Position numbers and translations under genes: made by a program. A stretch of 64,000 nucleotides of DNA from Lepidodermella squamata. Lineage: Eukaryota > Animalia > Gastrotricha. The notes beneath the pieces were generated by a model that was not told where the DNA came from, made no database searches, and saw nothing but the letters and a program-made list of their open reading frames with translations. The stretch is from positions 1,054,001 to 1,118,000 of the forward strand of contig JBLDXI010000012.1 in NCBI GenBank assembly GCA_047495785.1. The letters are read 5' to 3'. Position 1 is the stretch's first letter; each line of letters opens with the position of its first letter. This document shows, in pieces, positions 48,366 to 60,864 of the stretch.

Positions 48366-51300
48366 ATGTACATACGGTATACATCATTCACCGAATTCAA
48401 ATATTTGCAGGTGTTAGGCAGCGGCGGCTTTGGCACGGTCTCCTTGTATGATGTGGTCGAAACCTCTGAGAAATGTGCTATTAAGAAGACTCGACTGGAA
48501 GGAAATCCCTGGTTGGTAAAAAAGACCCTCGATGAGGTGAGCTGTTTGATAACATCAGCTGGAAGAAAGGTCTTTCTCGTTACAGTACAAAAAGTTGAAA
48601 CAACTTCTCCACCCTAACATCGTGAGAGTTTTTGGGTCATTTATAGGTATGAAAGCCGTTTCTGTGCTGAGGATAAGGCGCTAATAGCTAATTATATTTA
48701 AGATATAAACGATGGCAGTGGCCCCTCGACAAAGCTTTGTAATTACCTGGCAATGGAATACTGTGAAGGCGGAGATTTGGGCTGTCGTATCGGAGAGGGG
48801 CGTGAGAAAATAAGCGAACTCCAACTGCGATCCTGGGCCAGACAACTAGCGTCTGCGTTGAAGTATCTGCACGACAAAGGCATCGTTCACCGAGATATCA
48901 AGCCGAAAAACATTTTTTCAAGCCGTGATGGACAGACGGTAAAGCTAGGCGATTTCGGCATCGCCAAAGACTTGAACAGGTATTTGACCTGAATGATTAA
49001 GTTTTCCCTCCCGATTTTACTGATCTTTTTATCACAATTTATTGTTAGAGTAGAAGCTACTATTTCTACGACAGCTTTTGCTTCCTGGGCTTATGCAGCT
49101 CCGGAGTACATCATCACCAGCAATTATCAGCGCCCCTGTGACATGTGGTCGTTTGGCGTTACTCTTTACGAATTGGCAAATTTTGTCAGACCTGTAAGCG
49201 TCGAAAGCGCAATATACCTATTTTCAAATAGAATGCTTAATTTATTTCAGTTCAGCGGCATTAATACGATGGTAGTCGTTACAAATATCCAAATGTAAGT
49301 CATAAAGAATCCAATCTACTACGCTTTTTAATAACTAACCGAATTGGCTGGCTTGTGCCGAACTAAAGTTGGGGTCCGAGTCCGAATTCTGCCCGTACGC
49401 GTTTGGGCCGGCCCGTGTGGGGTTGGGTAATATCATAGAGATCAGATTAACTTTTTTACATAGAGAATAGAGTTACCAGAGATGAAACTCCTATTGGAAA
49501 CTTGGGGTCAAGCCGAAAACACCTATTTTTGAACCCCCAAAAAGTGACCTTCGGGAAAACCGCTATGGCGTCATAACCGTTCATTTCCGTACGGATTCCT
49601 TTGAACTGGTTATAGTTGAAAGCAAACCCCATCGATTAAAATAAAAAAAATCGAAATTCCATGATGAGGGATAGTGGGTATAGCGCGTGGAAAAACACCC
49701 TTTTTTACATGTAAACATGTATGCGTGAGTTTCAAAAAGATCCGCCATAATCGGCGAATCGGCGAAATCGGCAAAAGAATTAAAACTTCTAGTTTCCAAT
49801 AGGAGTTTCATCTCTGGTAACTCTATTCTCTATGTCTATGGGTAATATTTATTTACCGCTCCGCGCTCGGGCCGCTCTAAAACATGCCCGTATTCGACGT
49901 TTAATGCAAATTCATCGAAAGAATCACGCTTCACCGCACACGGGCCGGCCAAGGTGTTGGCCCGAGCACGGCGGAGAACAATGGGAACCAGTGCTATCGT
50001 TAAGCGCCGCACTCGGGCCTCTGGAATCTGGCCGCCGGGCTTGGGTAATCCTACAACTCGACAACTTTATCAAGTCCCAGCCCAAGGAGTCCCAGAAATT
50101 CAAATATCTCAACTGACGTCTTAACCTATCTGGCTCAAAAAATACTTTGATAAAAATTGAAGTTGACGATCGCCACCCCTGAATTTTGGTTCAATTTTTG
50201 GTATGTCATTGAGCCGGCAAATTTACCAGCTTGAAGGGGAACGCAGTATTTCGAATACATAGTGAAACGCTGTTAACATAATATTTTTGTGTATATCAAA
50301 TTTTTAGAAACGCACAAAATAGTTTGTAATAACTTCTATGGAATTATTTTTTGGGAATGCTCTCTGCCGCCAAATTTGGACTAAAATAATCTGCCACTAA
50401 TATGGGTTTCTGCCATCAAATATAGAATTGTCCCCAAAAATATAGGTCGAGTAGCTTTGACAATTCTATATTTTACGGTATAGCATTCGTAAATCGTTTA
50501 TATCTTGACTCTTTACTCACGTTATAGCATGCAAATATGAAAAATCTACAAATAGCCATCAAAATGAGGTTTCTTGTCACCAAATTGGTCTCGTCACCAC
50601 CAAAACAAGACGACCACCAATTTGAGCTTTCTTGCCTCCGGATTTTCGCGAATGGAATCACTTCTTTGCGCCTATTAAACCTAAAATGTGTTTAGGGAGC
50701 CTGGAGATGTCGTGCGCATGTAGGAATAGCAGCTTCTTTTCGTCATTCCCTTATTTTTCCGTTCTTGATCATCACTCAACAAAAATCGCAAAAAACTGGA
50801 ATATCAACGCCTGTCTTGTTTCTTTATTTTTCTCCATTTTTCTCATCCTTTTTAATTGTCATGTTATTTGGGTTAAACCTCGCGATAATATAAAGCCGTA
50901 GTACCTATCTCATATATACAGTAAATAGGTCTCTGCGACCTCCTAGCATGGAATCCTAGCTAAGCGCTCTAAAGGCAAGGTAATTGAGCCAAGAGAGGTT
51001 TGCACTAGAGTTTGCCTTATATTAGGTATATTTCGGTCATGCCTTTTCTATCTATTTTTCGGCTGTTATCGTTTAGTGAGAAACCGCGGCCTTTCGACAA
51101 TTCGCGTGGCTATTCAGCCGAATGCGTGGACTTCATCATGTCACTCATTGACAAGGAAAATGAAAAACGCCCGAAAATCGAGCAAGTGCTGAATCACAAC
51201 TTCATAGCTGATCTGCCAACAACAAAAGAAGAAACTATAAAGGTATAACTTAATCCGGTACTATATTGAACCTGTACAAATTTGAAAATTTTGTATGCAG

Positions 51301-53531
51301 ATTTAGGTTACCTTACCCTAGTCCCTAGTACTGATATTCTAGCCCATTCTAGTGCGCAGTGTCAGAGTCCAACTACTTGTTGCTGGCTCGGTCGCGGTGG
51401 TGGGGTTGGTGGGTGTGCTTTTTTATAAATCATACTAATCAAGTGAAAGAATCGCGTGCTGCCAAGCGCCATTGATGCTATCATGTCGGCCATCAAAGCA
51501 ACAAGTAAAGTATAGTTGGACTTTGGCTCTGCAAACCTGGCCTAAGGTGCCAGTCATAGAGTAAGGCGGATACGATAAAAATTAATCGTAAGTATCAAAA
51601 AACATGTTCTATTTAGAAAATACCTTGGCAGCACTGTTTTCGTTGAAAAAGTATGTTTACTGTACAAATTCTATTGTAGCTTCTAACTGACAAATTAAAA
51701 TCGGAAAATGCTCGAAGCCCTGCTCTGATACTTCACCTGCTTTAACAATATCGTAAAATGCCAACAAGAACGTGGCTATATTTAGTACACGAGTTGAAAT
51801 ATTATAACTAGTGTGAGGCCTTATTTGTATCAACTTCAGCGGCTTTGGCTCTATTGGCCCTTATTTTTCTATTTTCTCCACCAACGCACAGAGCAGTTCT
51901 TGGGACTAATGGATCACTCGACTATGTTAACAGGAACCGTGGTGGGCCGTGAAGAAACCGTGAACAGGAACCGTAAATATAACTAGAAAAAATATGATCA
52001 TAGAAAAATCATAGATTATAGTTGATCAAGTTGGTCAACCGTATTGTTGGACACCTGTTAACAGTTAACATAGGCAAGTTAAGTGAGCTATAAGTCCCAG
52101 GAGCTATTGGCAGTGAGTTAGTCGTAGCTTCGAAAGCTTGGCAAAACATCGGTTTGAAAAAAGTTAATAATTTTTAGTTAAACTACCGGTCAATTTTAGC
52201 TAAAATGAAATTAGGAGTGGCTAATGACCTTGGCCCGGTTGAATAAGCCTGCCCTCTATGGAACCTCAAGTCTTTTGAATAAATAAGAGATTGATTATTA
52301 ATAATAATTAATAATTCTTTTTTTAAAGGAATTCGTTAGGTGCGGATATGAAAATGATGCAGCGAGAATGTCCCGACTGCTGTTACGCTGTGACCCTTAT
52401 CTGGGGCTGGATGCTAACGGCAAATACTGGGAAAACGAAGAAACTGCACTTCATTGTGCAGCGAAACAAGGCAGTGTTGAAATTATTCAACTGCTGGCGG
52501 ATGGTTTCAAAGCCGACGTCAACGCGGCTGATGAGGATGGCTGGACACCATTGCACTGTGCCGTCAAAAATGGCAAACCTGATGTCGTGGAACTGCTGGC
52601 GAACAGGTTCAAAGCTGACGTCAACGCGGAGAATAACGAGGGCAAGACGCCAATGCACTTTGCCGCCAGATATGGCAAAACTGATCTCGTGGAACTGCTG
52701 GCGGGCAGGTTCAAAGCCGACGTCAACACGGCGGATAAAGATGGCTGGACGCCATTGCACTTTGCCGCCAGATATGGCTATGCTGTCGTCGTGGAACTGC
52801 TGGCGGGCAGGTTCAAAGCCGACGTCAACACGGCGGATAAGGAGGGCGAGACGCCACTGCACTATGCCGCCATATTTGGCTATGCTGTCGTCGTGGAACT
52901 GCTGGCGGGCAGGTTCAAAGCCGACGTCAACGCGCAGAATAAGGGGGGCGAGACGCCACTGCACTCCATCCGGTGGAGCGAAGCTGACGTCATCGTGGAA
53001 CTGCTAGCGGGCAGGTTCAAAGCCGACGTCAACGTGGCTAATATAAATGGCGATACACCACTGCACCATGCCGCCCGGAGTGGCAAGGCTGACGTCGTGG
53101 AACTGCTGGCGGGCAAGTTCAAAGCCGACGTCAACGCGGAGAATAAGGAGGGCGAGACGCCACTGCTTAGTTGTATCTCACTGCACAGTGCCGCCGCGTA
53201 TGGCGAAGGTGACGCCGTTGAAATTATTAAATTGCTTGTGGGCAAGTTCAAAGCCGACGTCAACGCTGTGGATAAATCTGGCGATACACCACTGATGAGA
53301 GCTGCTTATTGTACGCAACCTGATGTTGTTGGTCTTCTTGTCTATGAATTCAAAGCCAAAGCTAACTGGAGAAACAAGGAGGGAAAAACTGCGCTTGATT
53401 TAGCTAAAAGGCCTTACTTTGATGAACGAAAAAATTCTGAAGAACAAAGAATAGTTCTTCGAATGCTTTCCTCCTTTTTTCCCATCGAAAAGCGCTTGGT
53501 TTCATGGCTTGTAAAGAAATTTGCTAATTAA
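48366..53531 (+). CDS. Ser/Thr kinase (NEK-like) + ankyrin-repeat protein, copy 2, apparently intact
   Basis: GSGGFG, AIKK, HRDIKPKN, DFG, APE, DMWSFG. Splices via the 51077-51242 exon to the ankyrin exon 52329-53531 (9 repeats). Confidence 0.85.
49459..49834. mobile_element. Intronic MITE with 44-bp perfect TIRs (CATAGAGAATAG...)
   Basis: 49459-49502 is the reverse complement of 49791-49834; absent from the equivalent intron of copy 1. Confidence 0.85.
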
Positions 53532-53922
53532 AGTTTGGCCATCTTGTTCCCATCAAGTCGATATTCCTTGGATAGCTTCGATTTTTCGTCAGTTTTGCTT
53601 ATTGGAGATCCGAGTCGCACCCAATACTTTGGTGATATGTCCTGGTCATGACATCCTGTGGCTCTGAAGCCCATCGGTACTTAGCCTCATTAATGCAATT
53701 TTCATTGCAAACATGTTTAGTACGTTTAAATAAAAATCTGTTTTGTTTGTGTTTTGTTGTCGTGTTGCGGTGTTTTTATATGCCGGGTTCGATTCCTCAT
53801 GTATGCATCTTGCCAAGATTTTTAGATTTTTAAGATTTTGCATCTTGTATGGCGATAAATGACCAGAATACTAAACACCAAATGTCATCAGATAGCTCTC
53901 TTCAAGAGGAGCAATGTGATAT

Positions 53923-54523
53923 TTATTTGCTGGGGGCAGCACCGGTCTCGACGGCGACCGAGTACGAGAAGTTGTTGGAGGCCGAGTAGCTGCCGCTCTT
54001 GCTGCCCTTGCGACCCTTGCCGTGCTTGCCGCTGTGCTTCTTTCCGCCAAACTTCTTGCCGCCGAACTTCTTGCCACCGTGGCGCTTGTTGCCGCCCTTC
54101 TTGTTGTAGCCACCGAAGGAGCCCGATCGCGAGTACGAGCCGGACATGGATCCGCGCTTGTGCACGCGCATGAACTTCTTGGTGGAGACCTTGCGGGTGT
54201 GCTTGTTCGTGCGGGCCGACACCGACGCGGACACGGACTTGGAGAACGAGGCACGGCGGTGCTTGCGCCCAGCGACGAAGGCCTTCTTGGCCGGGCGCTT
54301 CTTCATCGCGTGCTTCTTCGGCTGCCGGTTGTACGACACGCTGATGGAGACGCTCTTCGAGACGCTCTTCGCCACGCCCTTGCCCTTGTTACCACGGCCA
54401 GCATCGACCTCGGAAAACGCTGAAATTCAGTGGGCCAGTTGAATGGTTAAAAGTCAGGTGTTTCAATTTAAACCAACCAAGTCCAAGCAGGACAACTGCA
54501 GCAATAGCGAACGCAACGCGCAT
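53923..54523 (-). CDS. Secreted Lys/Gly/Ser/His-rich cationic protein, copy B (180 aa; intron 54420-54477)
   Basis: Signal peptide MRVAFAIAAVVLLGL/AFSEVDA; mature region nearly identical to copy A. Confidence 0.85.
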
Positions 54524-54918
54524 TTTATTGAAGATTATATTTCAAATTGAAAAATGATAAACACTGAACCGATTACTTGATAATTCTTCTCATTTCATAA
54601 ACCGTTTTATATCCTAAAAATTACTGCGACGAAGTAATTCATTAGCAAGATTTTATCAGGATTTGAGACACCAGCAATTTGAAACAATTCAATCACGCAA
54701 AATTAATCATTAATTATAGAGAAAATTCAGACCACTCTGCTGGAGCCAAAATAGTGGAAACCTCACTGGGTATCGCCAAAAAATAAAACCACTCAAAGCA
54801 TTTACTAAAACCGGTTGATCGACTATTTTATTCAAACAGATTTCCACCGCCATCAGATGACGACTGAAAATTGAGTATGTAAACAAAAATTAAATATAAT
54901 TGTCTGGTTATTCAAATT

Positions 54919-55776
54919 TTAATAAAATTTATGTAATCCATACACGTTCAATTTCCAACCTAAAACATTGGCAACCGCAAAGTACGTCTTTTTTGTGTTT
55001 TCGAGGGCCAACACCTGCCTAGCAGTTCCAACATCCCAAGTCGGGTCGTGATGAATGTATTTACCGGCGATAATTTGGCACTCAGCCATATATTTCTGCG
55101 TATTATTCGTGATATGTTCATGCCAAAATTCGTCGAGAACCAGCGTCCATGGCACAAAAATTTGACCGGGATGGCTTGCAATTAAAAATAAAAACGTCCT
55201 ATATTGCTCCTCTAGTTCTTCAATCAACGCCTTGCCGAATTTCAACCGCTTTTTTAGACTGGCTTTCTCCGCCGAAAAATCCAACCCCTTGATCAGCTGC
55301 CATAATCCGAACCAGTCTGAATGGTGAGGCCGCGAGTTGATTTTCAGCCGGAATTCCGCCTCGTCCAACTCGTACTTCCCGTGGTGTAGATAACGACCGC
55401 AAATTCTGTCGCAGTCTTGCATGTACTTATTCGTCTGTAACAGGTGAAGTCGCCATATCTCGTCGATATGCCGCGAGCTAGGCTGCTTCGATTCGTCACC
55501 AGTCGCAATAGCGTAAAGAAGCTCACGATATTCTGCGATGTAATTGAGCAATTTTTCCGAGGTCAGTTTTTTGCGAATTTCTCGCGAATAACGCTCGGTC
55601 ACCCAGTCTAAATCGAGATTTTGAATCAACGCCATTTGACGGCTCCTCGCGATCGGATATCGCCATATTGCTAAATCAGCCGATGTCGGGTTGTAGCTGT
55701 GCTTTCGATTATCCGTAAAAATTTTCATTGAAGCTTTTCGAAATTTGCTGAATAAATTATTTGAGTCGAAAGACAT
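54919..55776 (-). CDS. Intronless protein with two tandem GRDP-like (DUF1399-type) domains
   Basis: The pattern LD..., (E/Q)YR.(F/L)L, P...(I/L)DE.W..H....KY...C..I.G.Y.HH occurs twice. Start is ATG 55776 or 55728. Confidence 0.7.
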   Translation of the reverse strand: MSFDSNNLFSKFRKASMKIFTDNRKHSYNPTSADLAIWRYPIARSRQMALIQNLDLDWVTERYSREIRKKLTSEKLLNYIAEYRELLYAIATGDESKQPSSRHIDEIWRLHLLQTNKYMQDCDRICGRYLHHGKYELDEAEFRLKINSRPHHSDWFGLWQLIKGLDFSAEKASLKKRLKFGKALIEELEEQYRTFLFLIASHPGQIFVPWTLVLDEFWHEHITNNTQKYMAECQIIAGKYIHHDPTWDVGTARQVLALENTKKTYFAVANVLGWKLNVYGLHKFY

Positions 55777-56616
55777 AAAAAATAATAAGCGACTGAAGTG
55801 TTTGAGAGCTACCAATTTTTTTTAATGCGCCGCGGGGAAGAAAAAAACGCAACATCTGGATACCAAGTAAAAGGTGCCGGCGGGGTGAGTCATTCATGAC
55901 TCTTTACTGCTTAGTAGATTAATCAGACGCAAACAAGCCGCGCAGGTGTTCTTGCCTGAGGGATGAAAAAGTAGAAAATAGCTCACTCATGACGCGATGT
56001 GGGCGGAGAGCGAGCCAAGCGTGACGGGCCGCTGAAAAGGACGGAAGGTAAGTGACTGTATCTGCTGTAAGATTTCGGAAAAAGGGCCTTTATCGTCTCA
56101 TTTATCAAATTTGCACCCAGGAGAGGAACAAAACTATTCCTAATTATTAAAAATATGATCCTCAAAGGTTTTTGCTTCATGGATTTTTTATAGCTGGATT
56201 CGATGTTGTCCTAAATGATGCAAAAAAACCAAAATAAATACTTGTGGTTTCCGGCACTCGGAAGTAGGCGAATTACGATCAATTAATCAGGCTTGTGGTA
56301 CAAATGCAAAATTGTTCACATTTCATCGTCTTGATTCAAACAGCTAAATGCTAAATGCTTGAGCTCGAATATGATGTTGATGTGAGTAGAAAAGGAAATT
56401 CTGTCTGGGAACGCGACCGTTCTGGAACTTGTGCCATATTTTGACGTGTTTTTTCTTAGAATAGCCGGAAATAGCAACAACGTTCACGTGCTTGATGAAT
56501 GAACTTTGCTTTTTCGGGGCAATCTCTATAATGTGACAATGCAAAAACCTGCTGTAGTTTGCGCTCGTGATTCAATTTCCCGCGGCGCCGGCCACATAAC
56601 ACTGCCATAGAAGGAC

Positions 56617-56624
56617 TATAAAAT
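56617..56624 (+). promoter_or_regulatory. TATA box of the first sHSP gene
   Basis: TATAAATA about 110 bp upstream of the ATG; the paralogue has TATATAAG at ~60738. Confidence 0.6.
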
Positions 56625-56727
56625 AGGCCGGATTTCAAGGCTAATTCATCATCAATCATTAGCAAATTCTCAGCTTTCAAGCTTTCATTTTCGATCTTTT
56701 TCCGCTCGTGTCTAACCATCTACAAAA

Positions 56728-58327
56728 ATGGCCTGCTCTTTCGCTAACAACGCTTCGTCCGTCCTGTCGGCTGGTTTCGACGGTCTTGCTGCCAAGCTCG
56801 GCCAATACAACCAATCTGGTCTGGCTGGCATCAACGCCGCCTCGGCTGCCACTGGCTTCGGCGCCAACAGCAACGTCTTTGGTGGTGTTCTCGGCGGTAA
56901 CGTCAACAACTTGGCGGGTGCCTACAACAACGGCCTCGTCGGCGGTCAGATCAACGCCAACAACGTCGCTGCTCAGATCGGCGCCAAGATCGGCGCCCTG
57001 ATCGGCCAGGAGTACGGTGCCCAGCTGGGTGCTGCCATTGCCGGCCAGCTGAACGCCACCTTCGGAGCCCAGTGGGCCGCCCAGCTGGGAGCTGCCTACG
57101 GCGCCGAGGTCGTCGCCGAGTTGGGCGCCCAACTGGCCGTCTTCGCCGCCGCCACCGGATTCGGCGCCCAGTCGACCGCCCAACAGGGTGCCCAGTGGGG
57201 TGCTCAGGCCGGCGCCCAGTTGGCCGCTGTTCTGGCTGCCAAGCTCGGCGGACAGGCTGGTGCTGCTGGTGCCTTCTTCGCCAACAATCAGGCCATCGCC
57301 CAGATCGGCGCCGCGATCATCTCGCAAGCTGGTGCCAAGCTGGGTGCCTGCGTCGCTGCTCAGATCAACGGCGGCGCCTTCGGTGCTGGTGCCAACGTCG
57401 CTGGCAACTTCGGCGGCTTCAACGCCATCAGCAACGGTCTTTTCGGTGGCCTGAACAGCTACAACGCCGGCCTCTTCGGAGCCAACCAGATCAACAACTT
57501 CGGTGGTAACGTCAACAGCTTGGCAGGTGCCTACAACAACGGTCTCTTCGGTGGTGCCAACAACTTCTCTGGCCTCTTCGGTGGCAACGCTGCCTTCAAC
57601 GGTCAGTTCTCTGGCAACCAGCTGAACAACTTCGGAGCCAACACCTTCGGCGGCCTCTTCGGCGTTGCCAACACCTTCGCCAACCAGGCTGGTCTCTTCG
57701 GCGGCAACATCAACGGCCTCGCCAACTCGCAGACTGCCGCCGACAAGCTGTACAACATCGCCTTCCGCCCGTCCAGCCAGGCCGAGCTCTACACCCTGAC
57801 CAACCCGGTGCAGTACGTCGACAACCAGGGCAACCGCCAGCTGTTCCTCGCCTTTGAGCTCAAGGGCTTCAAGCCTGAGGAAGTCACCGTCACCCTGAAC
57901 AAGGCCGAGCGCGCCGTCGTCGTCGAGGCTGCCCACGAGGCCAAGGACGGCAAGGAGCACACCGTCGCCCGCAAGTACTCGCGCAAGTTCGTCCTGCCCG
58001 AGGTGAGCTATTCAGCCATTGATATTTCCTACTTGAAATGCTAATTTTGTCCCTTTCCAGACCCTCGCCAAGGTCGACCTGGCCAAGGTTGAGCTCAAGT
58101 CGCAGCTGAACGCCAACGGCTTCCTGACCATCGAGGCCGAGCTGCCGAAGCTGAGCGCCGAGGAGATCGCCAAGCTGCCGGTTTCGTCGTCTCAGCTGCT
58201 CACCGCCGCTGCCCTCAACAACAGCAACGTCTACGGCAACGTTTTCAGCGGCAACAGCCAGTACGGCAACAACGTCTACGGCAACATCGCCAACGCCGTC
58301 AAGCCCGTCACCGTCAAGACCGCCTAA
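56728..58327 (+). CDS. Small heat-shock (alpha-crystallin domain) protein with a long Gly/Ala/Asn/Phe-rich N-terminus, 513 aa; intron 58003-58060
   Basis: FELKGFKPEEVTV...VVEAAHE...RKYSRKFVLPE/...LKSQLNANGFLTIEA; C-terminal VKPVTV (IXI-like) motif. Confidence 0.88.
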
Positions 58328-58616
58328 ATATTGAATCTGAAAGCCTTGGAGCATATAGAAAAACTCTCAGTGGAAAGACTCATTGAAATCAATGTGATTA
58401 ATCAAGTGCGATCGAATTTTATTCAAAGATGCAATAAATCAGAACTTTTCTCTGCACTTCAACATTTTTTGGTGTCCATTTTATTAGTTCAATCGACTGC
58501 TCCATTCATTATTTTCATTCAATTTCATGATAAGCCATTGACATGCAAGCAACAACAAAAAACCGAACTGAAATCAGATCAATTCGATCATTTTCGAGTT
58601 TTTTATTTACTTTCAG

Positions 58617-58702
58617 CATATAATGTTATATAATATAATATATTATATTATTATATATTATTATTATTATATTATTATTATATTATATTATATAATATAA
58701 TG
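58617..58702. repeat. AT-only low-complexity (TAT)n microsatellite
   Basis: Directly visible. Confidence 0.9.
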
Positions 58703-58917
58703 ATATGGCCCATCAAATCCTTAAGGATAGCATTAGGATCCTGAATAATCATCTTTACTCAAATAGCCAACCTACTCAAAGACGCTAACTAATCAATCAA
58801 TCAAGCAATTAATTCATCAATTAATCTCATCAAATTATAAACTTAATAATTTATAATCCTGTGTCTCAAAGGCAATGTTATAGTTTGTATATAACACAGT
58901 ATACCAATAAAAGGTTT

Positions 58918-59633
58918 TCACTCGCAGCGCTTGGTACGTAACTTCAACGCAACAACAGCGCGATGGGTTTTGGCCAAGTGCTCGTTGCGCTCATTGGAAG
59001 CCGGAAATAGTCGGTAAATTGACGAGCGGCTGCACTTGAAACCTTTCAACTGGCACTCTTCAACACATTCATCGAGCGTAACATTGACATCAGCACCAGC
59101 GCCGTTTCGAGTAGTAGCGCGTTTCCGCTCAACAAATTTCAGGATGCAATCGACAATTGCAGGATGATGAACTTCTATCGGCTTACGGCCACGCTTGACT
59201 GATTTCGGCGGGATGTCTCCAACGGGATCGAATGATATATCGTGGAAACGATGGTAGACCTGTTGAAAAAAATAAAAATAAAAATATTACTTCACAACTT
59301 TGTGATAGTAAATAATATTAAATAATTTGAAATGAAAAAAATTTAAATTTGAATTAATTGAAACCGGAAATATTGAAATTATTAAATTTGAAATACCTCG
59401 CAATCGTTTTTTTCCAGAACATCTTGAAATAGCGGGCTCGTTACGAACGACGGCCCTGTAAGACTGTTGTTATCGAGGATGTTAGAGAAGAGCGACACCT
59501 CGGGCTTGGGCGTCGGCGGGTCGAGAATGTTAGCGAAACGCGAGTTGTCGAAGCGCGGCATCTTTTCATCGAGAATGTTGGCGAAAAGTGATGCGAAGAG
59601 AGAGTCCTTAGAAATGTGTCTTTTCTGAGGCAT
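58918..59633 (-). CDS. Two-exon unknown protein with F-x-(N/D)-(I/V)-L-(D/E) repeats and an HTH-like C-terminus (intron 59260-59396)
   Basis: In-frame splice; upstream TATA; KRGRKP followed by CSRSSIYRLFP...AKTH...VALKL. Confidence 0.6.
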
Positions 59634-60864
59634 TTTCAAAACTCGTTACAAATTTAATAGGTAGTGTTAGGTGAAAATCCTACCCGAGCATGCCATCGCC
59701 AGGTGCGCCGCTATCAAGTACTTTATATGCCATGTGGCAATCGGCATGGAAACGCGAGACTGGTCCCCTAATACGACACCTGCTGCCTCTCTACCTGTTG
59801 CTATGTGGCGGCCGCGCTTTGAAGTCACGGTAAGAGATTGGTAAGAGAGACGGTTGGAAGAGAGAAATTTTTTGTATCTTCAAATGTTGTCTGCCGTGTT
59901 CTCTGTATTCGCTGAGTGGTATGGGTGGCATCTCGTCTCTCGAATAGCTGCGAAATTACAACCAGTCATTAGTAGTATACCTCCTACTTACTGCCTATTG
60001 CATGCTACTGCATGTATCATTCTGTATCAATTTGGCGAGATATAGCGAAGATTCAGTTGTTTGACCTCGAGGTCTTCGTCGCTTTCATCTACTACGTCAA
60101 GTGCGGCTATGGGTATAGTACCTTTCGTTTGCCCTTTAGTAAGGAGTTGTGTTAATTTGCAAACTCACCAAAAATTGAAAAAATTCACGAAAAAATGAGT
60201 AACTATCGGAAAAATCAGATAAATCAGCCATCATCTCCTTTATTCTTTCGCAAAATTGTTCATTTTGTGAATTTATATTTGTGAATCATCGTAGCAAGTT
60301 CAGCAGTGTTTTAAGGTGGATTTTGCTAATAAGGACATGAGCGAGGGTTTATTTTGTTCTCATTTGTTTCACTTTTGAGGTGGACTTGTGTGCGAAGGCG
60401 AGTCGAATAAGCCGCGCTTGCAGAACAGCCCCATTGTTTTACACGCACACCATGCCTGCGGGCTACGTCTGCTGATGTAAAATAGCTCCTGAAACCGAAC
60501 GAAGTAGTACTAAGAAGTGCTATTTTAGGAAAATTTCCATTGCAGCGTTGAACTTTAAGAAAATAATTCGGAAAGTTATGCATTCGGCTGAAAAGTGTTT
60601 TTCTTTCAAATAGAAGACCATTGAATTCGAGAAAAAAATTTCAATCGCACTCGTCGCCACGCCGACGCCACGCTGTTTTCCATTGTTGCGCTAAATAAAA
60701 AATCTCACCGGCACACGACCTGCCAAGTGTTAACACCTATATAAGTGGCTGAAAATTTCATTGGAAATCATCTCTTGCTCATTTGCAATTCGCTTTCAGC
60801 AATTCACTTCTCGTTCTCGCTTTTTGCCGTCGTTTTGACTTTAAGTCTTTAAACCAACCGAAAA

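Noticed and set aside
56410-56470. Heat-shock-element-like TTCnnGAA words upstream of the sHSP genes
   Set aside because: Only two-unit matches, which are expected by chance; no clear three-unit HSE.
56677-57960. Long antisense ORFs over the sHSP, ankyrin and Lys-rich genes
   Set aside because: They are shadows of strongly biased codon usage on the coding strand.
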